64,000 nt of DNA from Camelus ferus (taxonomy: Eukaryota), in the NCBI RefSeq assembly GCF_009834535.1, contig NC_045717.1, positions 2,914,001-2,978,000 on the forward strand. The letters are read 5' to 3'. This document shows, one piece after another, positions 1-18,770 of this stretch. Numbering within the stretch: position 1 is the first letter of the stretch; each line of letters begins with the position of its first letter. The position numbers were made by a program, and so were the translations under genes. The notes under the pieces were generated by a model that was given only the letters and a program-made list of their open reading frames with translations, was not told the origin of the DNA and did no database searches.

Positions 1-1689
1 GCAAATTAGCCTATCTCTCTGGCTACCTGCTAGAAAAGGGATTACGGTGATAATCCTATAAATAAATAAATGGGATAATCTGAGAGAGAGTAGTAAGTGC
101 TATTAAGACTTAGGGCAAAATATTGAGGGGAAATTTGAGCGGATTCAATCACACAAAGATCTGGGGGAACAGAGTCCAAGCAGAGACAACAGAAAGTGCA
201 AAGTTCTGAGACTAGAGTAAGTTTAGTACGTTCAAGGAACAGGAAGAAGGCCTGTGTAGCTTCAGGGCCCAATGGTCTGAGATGAGATAAAGAAGCAAGG
301 ATTCGAGGTCGATCCTGGAAGGCTTTGTAAACCATGGCGAGGAGTTTGTTTGTTTCTCTTAGATGAAATATGGAGCTTTTGAAAGGATGGTTTATACTTG
401 AAAAGATCACTCCGGCTAGTGGGCTTTTAGGGGGCCAAGAGCTAGCAGTTGGGAGGCTACAGAATTCAAGGAGAGGATAGGGGCTTGGATCAAGAAGATG
501 GCAGTGGAGATGGAGAAAAACGCATGGATCAAGGATACTTTGGAGAATAAAAATAAGTACCTTGAAAGAGGAAAACCTGGTGGCCGGTAGGACAAAGGGC
601 AGTTACCTCACCCAGTGAAGGCTGTTGTGTCCAAGCGAGACCTGAGAGTTAAGTGAGAATGTGTAGGTTTCAGAGGTAACTGTAGTGCAGATGGAAAGAG
701 CATCTAGATAGAGGGCCAGAGCATGTTCAAAATTTTGTAGAGGAAGGTGGTAAGGACTTCATGCATTTGGTGCCTGAGGGCAGAGCACTGAACTAGGGTT
801 TCAGGTACACATTGGGGTGGGCATGGGGAGCAAGAAGTAAAGCCCAAGACTTGGAGGGACCTGGATCAGGGAGGTCCTTGGAAGCTAGACAAGGAGTTTG
901 GATTTCATTGGAGGGTAGCGGGGAGCTGTCCAGGGTGTGTCAAGCCAGAGAGTAGTGTGATCAGATTTGCTTACTCTGAGCCACACTGTGGAGGTGTGCT
1001 ATGGGCAGGGGTGAAGGGTCAGGAGAGAGGGACTTTGGCTGACTTGTAAAGATCTACTGTTTTGGTGCCCAGCCTCTGAACCCTCCCCTTTGGGAGGAAA
1101 CCTATAAAATGCAGAGGCAGACCCTGCTTTCCACTAGGGAAATCAGAGGAAGCAGAATTTCCTCTCTAAGGTCCTTGGTAGCTGGAGCATATTTCCAATG
1201 CTTGCAAGCAGGTCTTTGAAATCCAAAGCAAGCGATTAACATAAGACATCAGGGGGACCATTTAGGACCCATTAAGGTGGCAATGGAAGAAGAGGGGGAG
1301 GTAGTCAAACCAGGCCCTTCCTTGGGTAGAGGGCTTCAGCAAGTACCCAAGAGCAGTTCCTTGTCAGCCTAAGTTACCCAGAATTAGCTTCATTGTTTGC
1401 AGTCAAGTGTCCTGAGTCAGACAAATGGAAGGTCCTTTTAAAAGGAACCATTACAGAGAAGAATGATGCCCTGTGCTGGGGCAGTGACCAGGGGGTGCAG
1501 GCAAGTAGCCAAGTTGAGAGCTATCACTGAGCTAGGATGAATAAGAATTGATGATTGATATGGGGGGAGGAGGGGAAGGAATCACACTCAAGTCTTGTGT
1601 TCTGACTCTTCAACCTATTTTTTACCTATGGCCAAAATGGTCCCTTTTATTTTATTTTATTTTAAAGGCAGTGGGATTATTTTTTATTT

Positions 1690-1846
1690 TTTTTTAACAT
1701 TTTTTATTATATTTTTAATATTTTTAAAATTATTTATTTAGGGTTAATTAGATTTATTTATTTATTTAATGGAGGTACTCGGGATTGGGACCAGGACCTC
1801 ATGCATGCTAAGCGCACACTCTACCACCGAGCTGTACCCTCCCCAC
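1690..1846 (-). mobile_element. tRNA-Ala-derived SINE (camelid Vic-1-like)
   Basis: Reverse complement reads GGGGAGGGTACAGCTCGGTGGTAGAG...CTTAGCATGCATGAGGTCCTGG...TACCTCCA, followed by an A-rich tail. Confidence 0.8.
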
Positions 1847-2619
1847 AAAGTTATCCTTTTTAAAAGGGAAAGCTGCCACCGTTCATCTGACATATCCATT
1901 TTTAAGGTTTATCCTATAAATATAATTGCACTCAAGCAAAATAAGAAACGAATGTTCAAGTTTGTTCATTGCAGCATTGTCCAAAACCAGCAAATGTACT
2001 CGTTGTCCTTAACGGAGGCTAGTTAAGTAAAATTTGGGCCTTTCCTGTACAGGAATACGATGTAGCTGTTTAAAAAAAAAAAGTGTGAGAGTGCTTTTCA
2101 TGTACTGATACAGACAATCTCCAAGATACATTGTTAAATGAAAAAAACAAAGTGCAGAACAGTGAGTAAGTTTTGCTACCAGTTGTGTAAAAAGCATCAG
2201 GATAGGCTACGTTTGCTGCAGTAACAAACAATCCCCAAATTGCAGTGACTAAAAACCACAAAAGTTTATTTCTCAGGTATACCCCATGTCCAACACAGGT
2301 TGTTGGGAGGTGGGAAGGCCCCACTCAGAGTAGTCACTCAGGACCCAGGACGACAGGGACTCCATCTCAATTTGTGCTTCTACAGTGGCAGACAGTAAAA
2401 GGAAATGTGGCAAATGGTATCATTCAGCTTGCACCTGCAAGCAACACACATCACTTCTGCTCACATTACATTGGTCAAGGCAACCACATGGCCACAACTA
2501 GCTTGAAGTGGGCAGGGTGGGCATCCAACACTGCTGAGACAGGTTGTGTTTTCCAAAGATCAGCTTAGCAATATACTTACATCCCACAGGGACTTCTGCA
2601 ATGTGACCTTGCCTCCCCT

Positions 2620-3170
2620 ACATCAAGAGGTGGGCTCGTATTTCCCTGTCCTTGCCTCTGGTCTGGCCTTAGTAACTCTCGTCATCAATAGAATGTGGTG
2701 GAAGTAATGCCCATGAGATCTGAGATCAGGTCACAAAAAGCTGAGCAGCCTGGTTCTCTTGCAACGCTTGTTTTCCAGAAGCTTCTCTCAGGATGTTCCC
2801 TCAGGATCATGAGCTGTGCTGTGATAAGCCCATGCTGAATAGAAAGGTCACATGCAGGTACGTGCTCTGCTATGGTTGACAGTTCTAGCTGACCCCAGCT
2901 TTCCAGTTGTCCCACCCAGAGCACCAGCCTGATGAGCAAAGAAGCTTCTGGGTGATTCCAGCTCCCGGGCACTCCTATCAGCCCCAGCTGTTCAAGAATC
3001 CCCAGCTGAGGCCCCTGGTGTTGTGGTGCAGAGACAGACATCCCTGCTCCATCCTGCCTGAATTCCCCACCCGCACAGTCCATGAGCCTAATAAGTTGTT
3101 GTTTTATGCTGCTAAGTTGGGAATGGTTTGCTACACAGACACAGATTCTGGAATAACAGCTATATGCCTA
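2620..3170. mobile_element. MaLR LTR relic (MLT1-type)
   Basis: Characteristic ...AGATCAGGTCACAAAAAG... and ...ATAAGTTGTTGTTTTATGCTGCTAAGTTGGG...TTTGCTACACAG ends. Subfamily not determined. Confidence 0.55.
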
Positions 3171-3562
3171 GAAGGAGAATAGAATTGGAAATATTTAGTG
3201 ACCGACACTAACTCCCACAGATGACTCTGCCTCCATACGCACGGACCCCTCTTCTAGAAGGCCGCATGAGGCATGGGAACGTGGGTTGTCTCTAGGAAGG
3301 GGGAGTTAGATGGCTGGGGACAGGGACGGGAGGGGAGCTTTTCATCTTATGCCCTTTTGGATTTTCACTTTGTATCACGTAACTCTACTGCTTATTTTAA
3401 AAACAATCAGCCTGGTCCTGTCACCCTCCTGCTCAGGACCTCCCAGTGGCTTCCTGAGGTGGGCACCGTCTAAGAGGGCCCCAATGATCCCCTCTCCTGG
3501 AATTCACACCCTGATGTGATCCCCTCCCCTGGAGCATGGACTGGACCTAACGACTCACTTCT

Positions 3563-3705
3563 CTTTTATTTATTACTTAATTTATTTTGGGGGTGAGGAA
3601 GTAATTAGGTTTATTTATTTATTTTTAGAGGAGATACTGGGGATTGAACCCAAGACCTTGTGCATGCTAATCATGCGCTGTAGCCCTTGAGCTATCTCCT
3701 CCCCC
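3563..3705 (-). mobile_element. tRNA-Ala-derived SINE (Vic-1-like) with target-site duplication
   Basis: Same head and tail; flanking direct repeat CTCACTTCT at 3554-3562 and 3706-3714. Confidence 0.85.
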
Positions 3706-3719
3706 CTCACTTCTAATGA

Positions 3720-4050
3720 AAAGAATGCAGCAAAAGTGATGGACTGTCACTTCCAAGATCAGGTTACTGAAAGGCTATGGCTTCTGTTTTAGGTATCCTG
3801 TCACCCCCTGAGGGAAGCCAGCTGCCACGTTGTGAGCTGCCTCACTGAGGCAGGGAACTGAGGTCTCTGGCCAACAGTCAAGGAGGGCCTGAGGCCAACT
3901 GCTTTGTGAATGAACTTGGAAGTGTATCCTCCCTAAGTCACAAGATCTGCAAAGCACAACATAGAAAGCTCTGCCTATAAATGTTTGTTGTTTAAGCTGC
4001 TAAATTTGGGGGCAATTTGTCATCTCTTATGAGCTGCAATAGATAATACA
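3720..4050. mobile_element. MaLR LTR relic (MLT1-type)
   Basis: GCCAGCTGCCACGTTGTGAG...ATAAATGTTTGTTGTTTAAGCTGCTAAATTTGGGG...GCAATAGATAA. Confidence 0.55.
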
Positions 4051-4193
4051 CTGCCCATTACACTGAAAAATAAAACCCAAACTCTTCCCTGTGGCCTACC
4101 AGGGCCCAACGTGATCTGGGCCTGTGTAGTGCTCCAACATTATTTCACACACCTCTTCCTCTTGTCACACCTGACACTACATCCACTTGGGGC

Positions 4194-4388
4194 TGTGCTG
4201 TCCAATACAGTAGCCACTGGCCACATTCAGCTATTTAAATTTAAATTAATTAAAATGAAATAAAATCAAAATTCAGTTCCTCAGGCTACCCACTTTGTAA
4301 GTGCTCAGTAGGCACACGTGACTCATGGCTACCATATTGGACAACATGGGTAGGGATCATCCATCATCACAGAACGTTCTGACAGTGC
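4194..4388. mobile_element. MER3-like hAT DNA transposon relic
   Basis: CTGTGCTGTCCAATACAGTAGCCACT...GGCTACCATATTGGACAAC internal inverted repeat. Confidence 0.6.
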
Positions 4389-7300
4389 TGGTCTGGAGGA
4401 AGGAGTGACTTCCATTTGTACAAAGTTTCCAGGATGATGGCCTGAATGACTGGGAGAAAAAAGGTGCCACCAAGTGCGGAGGAATGAAGGATGGAGGGCT
4501 GGATAACTTCTGACCTCCTGAACTCGTCTTTGAATAGGCAGTTCAGCCACCTTTTGAGATCTCTGCCGCAAGTCTCTGCTAGAGAGGAGACTGTCTCTGG
4601 ATCCAGGCACTGATGAGCAGGAACTTACTGGTTTCCCCCTCCTCATCCCATAGACCCACCCCCCAGCTGTGGAGAGACAGAGACAAGGATGAGGGGATGG
4701 TGCTTCTCTGCTCTGATCCAAAACAGTTGATGGAAGATGTGCAAGGACAACTGGGTATGTGTGTAGAAACTGCTAAGAAGGGAGAATGTAGCTGCACGGG
4801 AAAGTTTCTTTATAAACTACTACAGATTGAGCTCCAGCCATATGCCAGGCTCTGTCCTCTTGCAATCCAATTCAAGCACCTCAGTAAGTCGGCCAGGCGG
4901 TGTGAGTGCCATCCCTCCCCCACGAGGTGTGGCAATCAAGATTCAGAGAGGCTGAGCCCTTGACCCATGGTCACACTGGGGGTCGGTGGCCAAGATGGGA
5001 TTCGAAGGTTTCCTGATTCAAGTTCATTGCTGTTTTTTTGCCTCCAGTCCTTGCTTCTAAAGTCATTATTTTCCTGCTCTTTAAGCTGCTGACTTACAGA
5101 ACTGATCTCTAGGGGTTTTGTTTTGTTTTGTTTTAGGAACTTCCTGGTAACAATGTATGAATTCTCGCTTGCATCAGGACTTTGGGTGGCAACCAAAACT
5201 GGCTTAAGCAAAAACAGGGAATTTATTGGTTTAAGTAACTGAAAAGTATAAGTGGTGGTTCTAAACTCAAGTGTCATCACATCCCAGGTCTCAAATGGGA
5301 TCACTCAAAATTTGTCTTTCCCATATTCTAACTCTGCTTTTAATCTGCATTGTCTTTATTCCCAGACCATTTCTGAGATGTTAAAGATGGCTGCCGGCAG
5401 CTTCAAGCTCACTTCCTAACAATACGGCTTTCTTTTATGGAACGAAAAAGCCTCTATCTTGATTCCAGCAAAACTCCTGGGGCTGCCTCTCATTGGTTTA
5501 ACTTGGGTCAAGTGTGCATTTTGAACCAATCACTGAGGACAGAAAGAGGCAGTGTTCTGATTGGCCAGGTCTGGATCACATGCCCATCCCACCCTCAGCT
5601 GAGGGATGGGTAAGCTTCTATCCACTGGATGGGAGAGGGGGTGGGTCCTTCCCCAAAGGAACATGGAGGGCTCTTACTCGATTAAGGGAGAATGAATGCT
5701 AAAGAGGAGAAATGACAGACGTCCACCTCAGGTTCTCAAATTATGTTCCACTGCTGTAGACACCTTGAATTTTCTGGAATTCAAAGAAAGAGGCAGAAGG
5801 AATGGAGAGAAGTGGAGGGATTTCAGAAATATGTAGGCAGTGGAATGAGCAGAACTCGGAGGCTGGTTAGACTTGAGGCACAAGGGAAGGTGAAAGTTCT
5901 TGGCTGCAAGCAACCGAAGATAACTCTAGCTACTTAAACGAAAGGGAACTTACTTTATGGGAAGGCCATCAGGGGTTCATAGCATTAACTAGATGGAGCA
6001 GACTTGGAAACAGGCAGGAATTATCGGCTACTAGAGGAGCAGGAAGCAGGAATTACAGCAGACACTGTGGTTGTGCATCTAATGTTCATACCACTCCTCT
6101 TCCTTGTTTGCAGAGCCCCAGTTCTGTTCCTGCGGCCACTTTACCTCACATACTTCTGACTTGGCTCTAGGGTTGATTGGTCTAAGCCACTTACAGAAAT
6201 CCCCTTACCTTTGCCAGAGATTGGTTTAGGAGTGTCAGGTGACCCATTTCAGGTCATTGAGCCATGAGGGGAGGTCTGCTTGGGAATTTTTTTTGGAGGA
6301 AGGTTTCCCCATTTCTAAGAAGGATCTACTGGAAGGGAAGGTCCCTCTTCACTGGAGTTTAGCCATGATTCCTGGAGCTGTGGCAGCTATCCTGTGAGGG
6401 AATCAGCCTGAAGGTATGCACACTGAGGACCACAGTAAACAAAAGTAAGAAAGAACTTGGGTTCTTAATGACGTTGTTAAAGCACTGAAAGCCCTGTTCC
6501 TGGAGCTCCTCCACTCTAGACCTCTTCTGTTGTGAAATGATGAATTTAAATTTCCTCACTGCTTAAGCTTGGTTTTTGGAAGGCATAAGCATCCTGACTT
6601 ATGCCATGTTTTAGGGACAACCTGGTCAGGGCACAGCTGGTGCAATGCCAGACCTCCAATCCCAACTCTTTTCATCAACCTTGTGTGGCCTGCTCAGGAT
6701 TCAGAGTCCTGGGAGAGAGCACCTGTTACCCAGATTTAGGACCCTCTGGCTATGCTAAGGTAGGGAGAGGGTGATCTGGTCCTTTAGGCTTCCATAGTGG
6801 GAGTTGGCCACTGTAAATTACCTTTCCCCCACACAAGGGGGGAGCGGTGACCCAAATGGAAGCTGGGAGACCAGAGAAAGGGGGAATACATGTTGAACAT
6901 CCAAATATCCATCCATGTGCATCTCTGATCCCAGTAGACTTCATGTCTCATCGCACATTCTCTACAAAGCACCGTGTGCTCACCACATTCTTCGTTTGAT
7001 GTGCTGCATTCAGGCTTCTGTGAAGTTGTATTACTCACTCTGCCTGGAAGCCTTTCTCTCTCTTTCCCACCTGCAAACCCCTATTTATTGTGAAGACATG
7101 TTCAAAAGGCCCCTTCCATTCGGAGGGAGAGCTGGCTTCTCACCAGGAGGAAAGAGCCAATGTGGGACCAGCTCTAGGCCAGGGACTGTGTTCAGGTGCA
7201 ATCAAGAACTGAGGAAGCAGCTTTCACTTTAATGAGCTCATCTATACATCTCATAGTTTCACTTTCATCGCGGTATTAATAGCAGTCACATCAACCTCTA

Positions 7301-7589
7301 AAAACAATTGTTGAAAAGATGCCTCTATTCTTGCCTTCCTGTTGCTGTATTTAGGCTTCCATCGTGTTCCAGGAAGTCTTCCATGGCCGGCCTCTACTCC
7401 AGCAGAATTAAGAATTTGCTACATTCTATCTTCACTTCATTTTCCACAAATTACTTTGTATCAGTCAAGACTCCTTTGATTGAAAGCGATGGAAGTTCAT
7501 GCCAATTGGTTTTATCCATTCATATAACTGAGAATTCTTGAGGGTATTTCTAGTTTTCAGATCCAGTCTCTCAAATAAAATAACCCATA

Positions 7590-9160
7590 ATCAATCCGTC
7601 TGTATTAGTTATCAAATGCTGGATAACAAATCATCCTAAAACGTATGGCTTAAAACAACACAAATCAATGGCCATTTTTCAGTTTCAGAGGTTCAAGTAT
7701 TCAGGTGCAGCTTAGCTGGATGGTCTGTCTTGAGGTCTCATAAGTTTGCAGGCCAGATACTGGCTAGGGCTGCAGTACCCGTATCAAAAATGGTTCATTC
7801 ACACAGCTGTCATATTGGTTCTGGCTGTTGGCAGGAGGCTTTATTTTCTCCCCACATGGCCCTCTCTGCAGGGCTGCTTGAGTGTCCTCACAGAACGGCA
7901 GCTGCTTCTCCCAGAGTGAGTGATTCATGAGATAAAGGCAGAAACTGCAATGCCTTTTATAACCTGGGCTTGAAAGTAAACACAATCATTTCTGCCATAT
8001 CCTATTGGACACACAGAACAGCCCTGACTGGTGTGGGAAGGGACTACACAAGAGCATGAATTCTTGGAGGTGACGGTCAGTGGAGATCATCTAGGAGGCT
8101 GCCTCCCACAGCGTTCCTCCATCCTTCCTTCCCTGTTTAACCTGCTATTCCTATGTGTACACTTCTTTCTCAGGTAGACCCTCCCCAAGCAGTGACAAAG
8201 ATGGCCATCAACATCTCCAGGCTCTTGTTCTTATGGACCTCAGTGGGAAGAAAGTACCTTTATCCCAAAATTTCTGGCTTAAGTCCCAAGGCTGAGTCTG
8301 ACTGGCCAGACTTGTGTGTAGCATATCCTTGAACCAATCACTGTCATCTTCGGTTATTATGGTCTGATTGGCCAGAGCTAGGCCACACTCCCAGCCCTAG
8401 ACCTGAGGATAGAGTTCGCAGTACTAGAGATTCATGGAGGGGATGAAGGAGGATTGGCTCCCAAAGGAAAAATCAGAGTGAACCAATGTGAATGGCTGTT
8501 GAGCAGGAAAAACAATACATGACCAGTCCATCTCCCTCCCTTGTGCTCCCACTGCATATTTTAGCAACCTTTGGTTTTGTATTTTTAGTATTATTTTCTA
8601 TGGGATTATTTAATTTCTGTGGTAGGTAGAACTCTAAGATGGCCCCCAAGATCCCTGGTGTAAACATACCTTCTCCCAGTTAGTCAGTTCAACACTGGTC
8701 TAGATGTTCTGTAGAAGAATGCTGCAAATGTAATTTAGGTGCCAAATCAGTTGACCTTAACAGAGGGAGATTATTCTTGGTGGGGCTGACCTAATCATAT
8801 GAGCCCTTAAAAGGGACAGTCTTCTACCTGACAAAAGAAATTCAAAGGGTGAGAGAGAGTCAAATAGGGGAGATTGTCTGTTGTTGGCTTGAAAGATGGA
8901 AAGGGCCTTATGGTGAGAAATGCAGGCAGTGTCTAGGAGCTGAGGGCAGCCCCTGGCTGACAGCTTGCAAAGAAGCAGGCACCTCAGTCCTACAAACACA
9001 AGGAACTGAATTCTGCCAATGACCTGAATGAATCTGAAAGGGGATTTTCCCCCAGAGCCTCCAGAGAACTCACCCTTAAAGTCAGTTTTGTGAGACCCTG
9101 AGCAGAAAACTGAGTCATGCAAATGCTTGAATTTCAACCTACAGATTTGTGAACTAATAA
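7590..9160. mobile_element. Adjacent MaLR LTR relics (MLT1-type; about 7590-8060, 8180-8500 and 8620-9160)
   Basis: TGTATTAGTTATCAAATGCTGGATAACAAATCATCCTAAAAC..., and TGTGGTAGGTAGAACTCTAAGATGGCCCCCAAGAT... ending in AACTAATAAATGG. Confidence 0.55.
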
Positions 9161-9169
9161 ATGGATTTT

Positions 9170-9325
9170 TTTAAATTTTATTTTTATTTATTGTTTCAGA
9201 GGGGAGAGGTCATTAAGTCTATTAATTTATTTATTACTATTTTTTTAAATGGGGGTACTGGGGATTGAATCCAGAACCTTGTGCATGCTAAGCTTGTGCT
9301 CCACCACTGAGCTATACCCTCCCAC
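9170..9325 (-). mobile_element. tRNA-Ala-derived SINE (Vic-1-like)
   Basis: GGGGGTACTGGGATTGAATCC...CATGCTAAGC...CCACTGAGCTATACCCTCCC preceded by a T-rich tail. Confidence 0.8.
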
Positions 9326-9638
9326 CGAAGGATGTTGTTTGAAACTGCAAAGATTGTGGTTAATTTTAGGCAGCAATAAAAAAATAGATATACTTTGCTG
9401 TGGACACTAAGGTGTCTAAAGTAGGGAGCATCTCTTGGATCTCCTTAACATCCTCATCTCTAACAGGACCTGAGTCAGAGCAGGTCCCTATTCCTGCTTC
9501 TTGTTCTACTCTCTGGGGAAGAGAGGGGGAGCCTTGTTCCCCACCCACCAACTCCCAGCTTTCCCAGTCTTGGGGCCCTACCAAGGAAACTCTTTGCTTG
9601 GCTTTCCATAAACAGCCTGTGCCCCACCAGGCCCAGGA

Positions 9639-9651
9639 TGGCAGCTCGACC
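9639..9651 (+). promoter_or_regulatory. Degenerate estrogen-response-element orthologue of the F12 promoter
   Basis: TGGCA-gct-CGACC at the position of the human GGGCAnnnTGACC ERE (human sequence recalled, not aligned computationally). Confidence 0.45.
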
Positions 9652-9672
9652 AATCTCTGCTTCCCAGGCCTC

Positions 9673-9686
9673 AGGACCTTTGACCG
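9673..9686 (-). promoter_or_regulatory. HNF4-type DR1 element in F12 promoter
   Basis: AGGACCTTTGACCG, reverse complement CGGTCA-A-AGGTCC-T, just upstream of the CTATTGATCTGGACTCC start region. F12 is an established HNF4A-dependent liver gene. Confidence 0.7.
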
Positions 9687-9738
9687 AGTCTATTGATCTG
9701 GACTCCTGCGCAAGTGGTTGGACCAACAGACAGACGCC

Positions 9739-17140
<7,402 letters not shown>

Positions 17141-17273
17141 CGGACCAGGGACTCGTCTTTCCTTCCTGCTCAATTCTAGAATGGAAGGGTGGCTGGGGCA
17201 AGATCACAGACAGCAAGGATTGTGTTCCATTCCCAAGGCTGCCAGCCCAGCACCAGGCATGGCATTGGCACTC

Positions 17274-17279
17274 AATAAA
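17274..17279 (+). terminator. F12 polyadenylation signal AATAAA
   Basis: AATAAA about 135 nt after the F12 TGA stop. Confidence 0.85.
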
Positions 17280-17504
17280 GTGCTTTTGAAAATGCTTCAA
17301 AGGCACAGCTCTTCAGGGAGCCTACTGAAAAAATGCCACTACAGTAAACCGGTGCACAACTTCTCCACATCCCCTCAGAGAAAGGAATCTGTTGAGATCT
17401 TATACTAGATTTAGATTCACGTCCAGCTGACACTTACTGAGCCGTAAATACTGTGTTCCAAGCTCTGTGCAAGGTGATTCCACATATTATTCCTCGTATA
17501 AAAC

Positions 17505-17932
17505 GAATACTTTAAGTTTATAGAGCAGGAGTTCTCAGAATCACCGTGGGGGGCTTTTTGAACCTATGCCCAATATCCACCTCAGGTCAATTAAATCAGC
17601 ATCTCTAGGGATGGGAGCGTGGTAGCTGTATGTTTTTAAAACTTCCCAGGTGACTCCGTCTGCAGCGGAGGTTCAGAACCATGGTTAGAAGTCCTTAACA
17701 TTGAAACAGTGGTGTGGACCCTTAAGGCTGATCTTCACTCCTATCCCAGCTGGGACTAGGGCAGTGGGTCTCAAAGTGTTTCCTGGACCAGCAGCAGGGT
17801 CCTCAGGGAACCTGTGAGAAATGCATATTCTCTGGTCACATTCCATACTGCAGAATGAGACACTCTGAGTTGCGGCCCAGCAATCTGTTTAACAGCTTTC
17901 TAGGAGATTTTGGGAAGTGTTTGAGAACCATG
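17505..17932. mobile_element. Two MER5-type hAT relics between F12 and PFN3
   Basis: CAGTGGGTCTCAAAGTG...CAGCAGCAG...GTTTGAGAACCA and a similar copy at 17505-17690. Confidence 0.6.
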
Positions 17933-18148
17933 CTCTGGGGGTTGAATGGCTACCAAGCCAAGAGGTCCGGCTGTCCAAACCTGGTGTCTTTCTTTCTGTT
18001 CTTAAACCCACTTCCTCGGTACTTGATGGACATATACGTTGGGTTTTTTTTTGTTTTGTTTTTGTTTTTGTTTTTTGAGGGTTATTTTGACTTTTGATTC
18101 CCGCCTTCAGAGTAACTTTAGAACTTCATCAGGCGTAAGATACGAACA

Positions 18149-18218
18149 CCGCCCCCGCCCCGCCCCATTCTCTAGCGTAAGTAGCGCTTCTGTGACGTCG
18201 CGGTACCTCAACGTCACA
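18149..18218 (+). promoter_or_regulatory. PFN3 proximal promoter: GC boxes plus CRE-like sites
   Basis: CCGCCC repeats at 18149-18166, TGACGTCG at 18193-18200 and AACGTCAC at 18211-18218, about 110-180 nt upstream of the ATG. Confidence 0.55.
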
Positions 18219-18328
18219 GCCCCGCCCCTGAACACGTCCCAGCGCCCCGGGCGTTCTGGGCGATCCAGGCGTGCGGCGCAGCCAGAGGACCCTCCAAGTG
18301 CAAGGCGAGGGGTGCACTCTGAGCCAGA

Positions 18329-18742
18329 ATGGGAGACTGGAAAGTCTACATCAGCGCGGTGCTGCGGGACCAGCGCATCGACGACGTGGCTATCGTGGGC
18401 CACTCGGACAATCGCTGCGTGTGGGCATCGCGGCCCGGGGGCCTGCTGGCGGCCATCTCACCGCAGGAGGTGGGTGTGCTCACGGGGCCGGATCGGCGCA
18501 CCTTCCTGCAGGCCGGCCTGAGCGTGGCGGGGCGCCGCTGCTGCGTCATCCGCGACCACCTGCTGGCCGAGGGCGACGGAGTGCTGGACGCGCGCACCAA
18601 GGGGCTGGACGGGCGCGCCGTCTGCGTTGGCCACACGCCGCGTGCGCTCCTCGTGCTCATGGGCCGACGGGGCGTTCACGGGGGCGTTCTCAACAAGACG
18701 ATGCACGAGCTGATCCACGGGTTGCGAATGCAGGGCAGCTAG
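18329..18742 (+). CDS. PFN3: Profilin-3 (testis profilin), intronless, 137 aa
   Basis: [27 protein letters not shown]...GLRMQGS has the profilin pattern and expected length. It lies between F12 and SLC34A1 as in human; AATAAA at 18765-18770. Confidence 0.97.
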   Translation: MGDWKVYISAVLRDQRIDDVAIVGHSDNRCVWASRPGGLLAAISPQEVGVLTGPDRRTFLQAGLSVAGRRCCVIRDHLLAEGDGVLDARTKGLDGRAVCVGHTPRALLVLMGRRGVHGGVLNKTMHELIHGLRMQGS

Positions 18743-18764
18743 CAGGACCAGCAGCCGGCGCCAA

Positions 18765-18770
18765 AATAAA
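18765..18770 (+). terminator. PFN3 polyadenylation signal AATAAA
   Basis: AATAAA about 22 nt after the TAG. Confidence 0.8.

Noticed and set aside
1-9600. GRK6 exons expected from synteny
   Set aside because: No CpG island or kinase exon was recognised; GRK6 probably starts before the window.
9718-9738. N-terminally extended F12 (MDQQTDA-)
   Set aside because: It starts at GTG in the ORF track; the true ATG at 9739 begins the canonical signal peptide.
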